Assembly (NCBI GenBank): GCA_001643675.2
Contig: LSRY02000028.1
Span: forward strand, 682,001-746,000
Reading direction: 5' to 3'
DNA from: Monocercomonoides exilis PA203
Lineage: Eukaryota > Protista > Preaxostyla
Length of the DNA: 64,000 nt
Shown: positions 63,658 to 64,000 of the stretch, piece after piece
How positions within the stretch are numbered: position 1 is the stretch's first letter
Layout of the letters: each line of letters starts with the position of its first letter
Translations under genes and position numbers: made by a program
The notes under the pieces: model-generated
Database searches by the model: none
Told to the model about the DNA's origin: nothing
What the model saw: the letters and a program-made list of their open reading frames with translations, nothing else

Positions 63658-64000
63658 CCACACGCAAGCAATTTTTGTCGATTGAAAACACAAGAAAAGC
63701 CGCTTTATTTTTCTGTTATGTTGTAATGGTAGTTTTGATCATTTTCAAACATTTATCTGAAACTGCTTTTTCCTCTGTGAGAATGAGAGAACAAAAAAAC
63801 ATTTGCTTCAAAAGCGTCTTTCGAAAAGAAAATGAGGAGGAGATGCTTGGAGAATTGCTGAAGTCGAATTTCACAACTTTTATTTTTCTTTTTTCAACTT
63901 CTTTCGATCTTATGAAAAGACATCTTCTTCGTTATCTTCTTCTTGGAACAGAAAGCTCACCACTAATTGTTATTTAACAATTAATCAGATGCATTTAATT

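Noticed and set aside
63675-63977. 100-aa plus-strand ORF at the window end
   Set aside because: Non-ATG start, no recognisable motif and no context to evaluate it.
1-64000. Alternative genetic code (TAA/TAG = Gln, as in some oxymonads)
   Set aside because: TAA ends H4, VPS4, NHP2 and RPL17 and TAG ends PIG-M at the expected positions, and multi-kb exons contain no in-frame TAR.

Overview
Gene-dense eukaryotic nuclear DNA with short AT-rich GT-AG introns, the standard genetic code, and long Ser- and Glu-rich low-complexity insertions. This style, plus the lineage-specific family member at 62.1-63.7 kb, suggests the oxymonad Monocercomonoides exilis or a close relative; that is inferred from recall, not from a search. 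Manual splicing gives about 18 genes. Recognisable ones are TBCD, TVP23, PIG-M, a calcyphosin-like protein, a giant LRR protein, VPS4, a TTC16-like TPR protein, histone H4, NHP2, RPL17/uL22, a Sec61-alpha-like protein, a CXC/AT-hook/Zn-finger protein and COMMD10; the rest are hypothetical. Four things stand out. (1) A spliced, apparently intact but very divergent Sec61-alpha homologue with altered plug, lateral gate and cytosolic loops. (2) An 865-bp non-coding foldback element with near-perfect 327-bp arms carrying 22-bp tandem repeats. (3) GATC within 35 nt upstream of many start codons. (4) An H4 with a rewritten tail and basic patch and a candidate 3' stem-loop. I saw no rRNA, tRNA or CRISPR array. 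Exon coordinates were read by eye and need RNA-seq confirmation.
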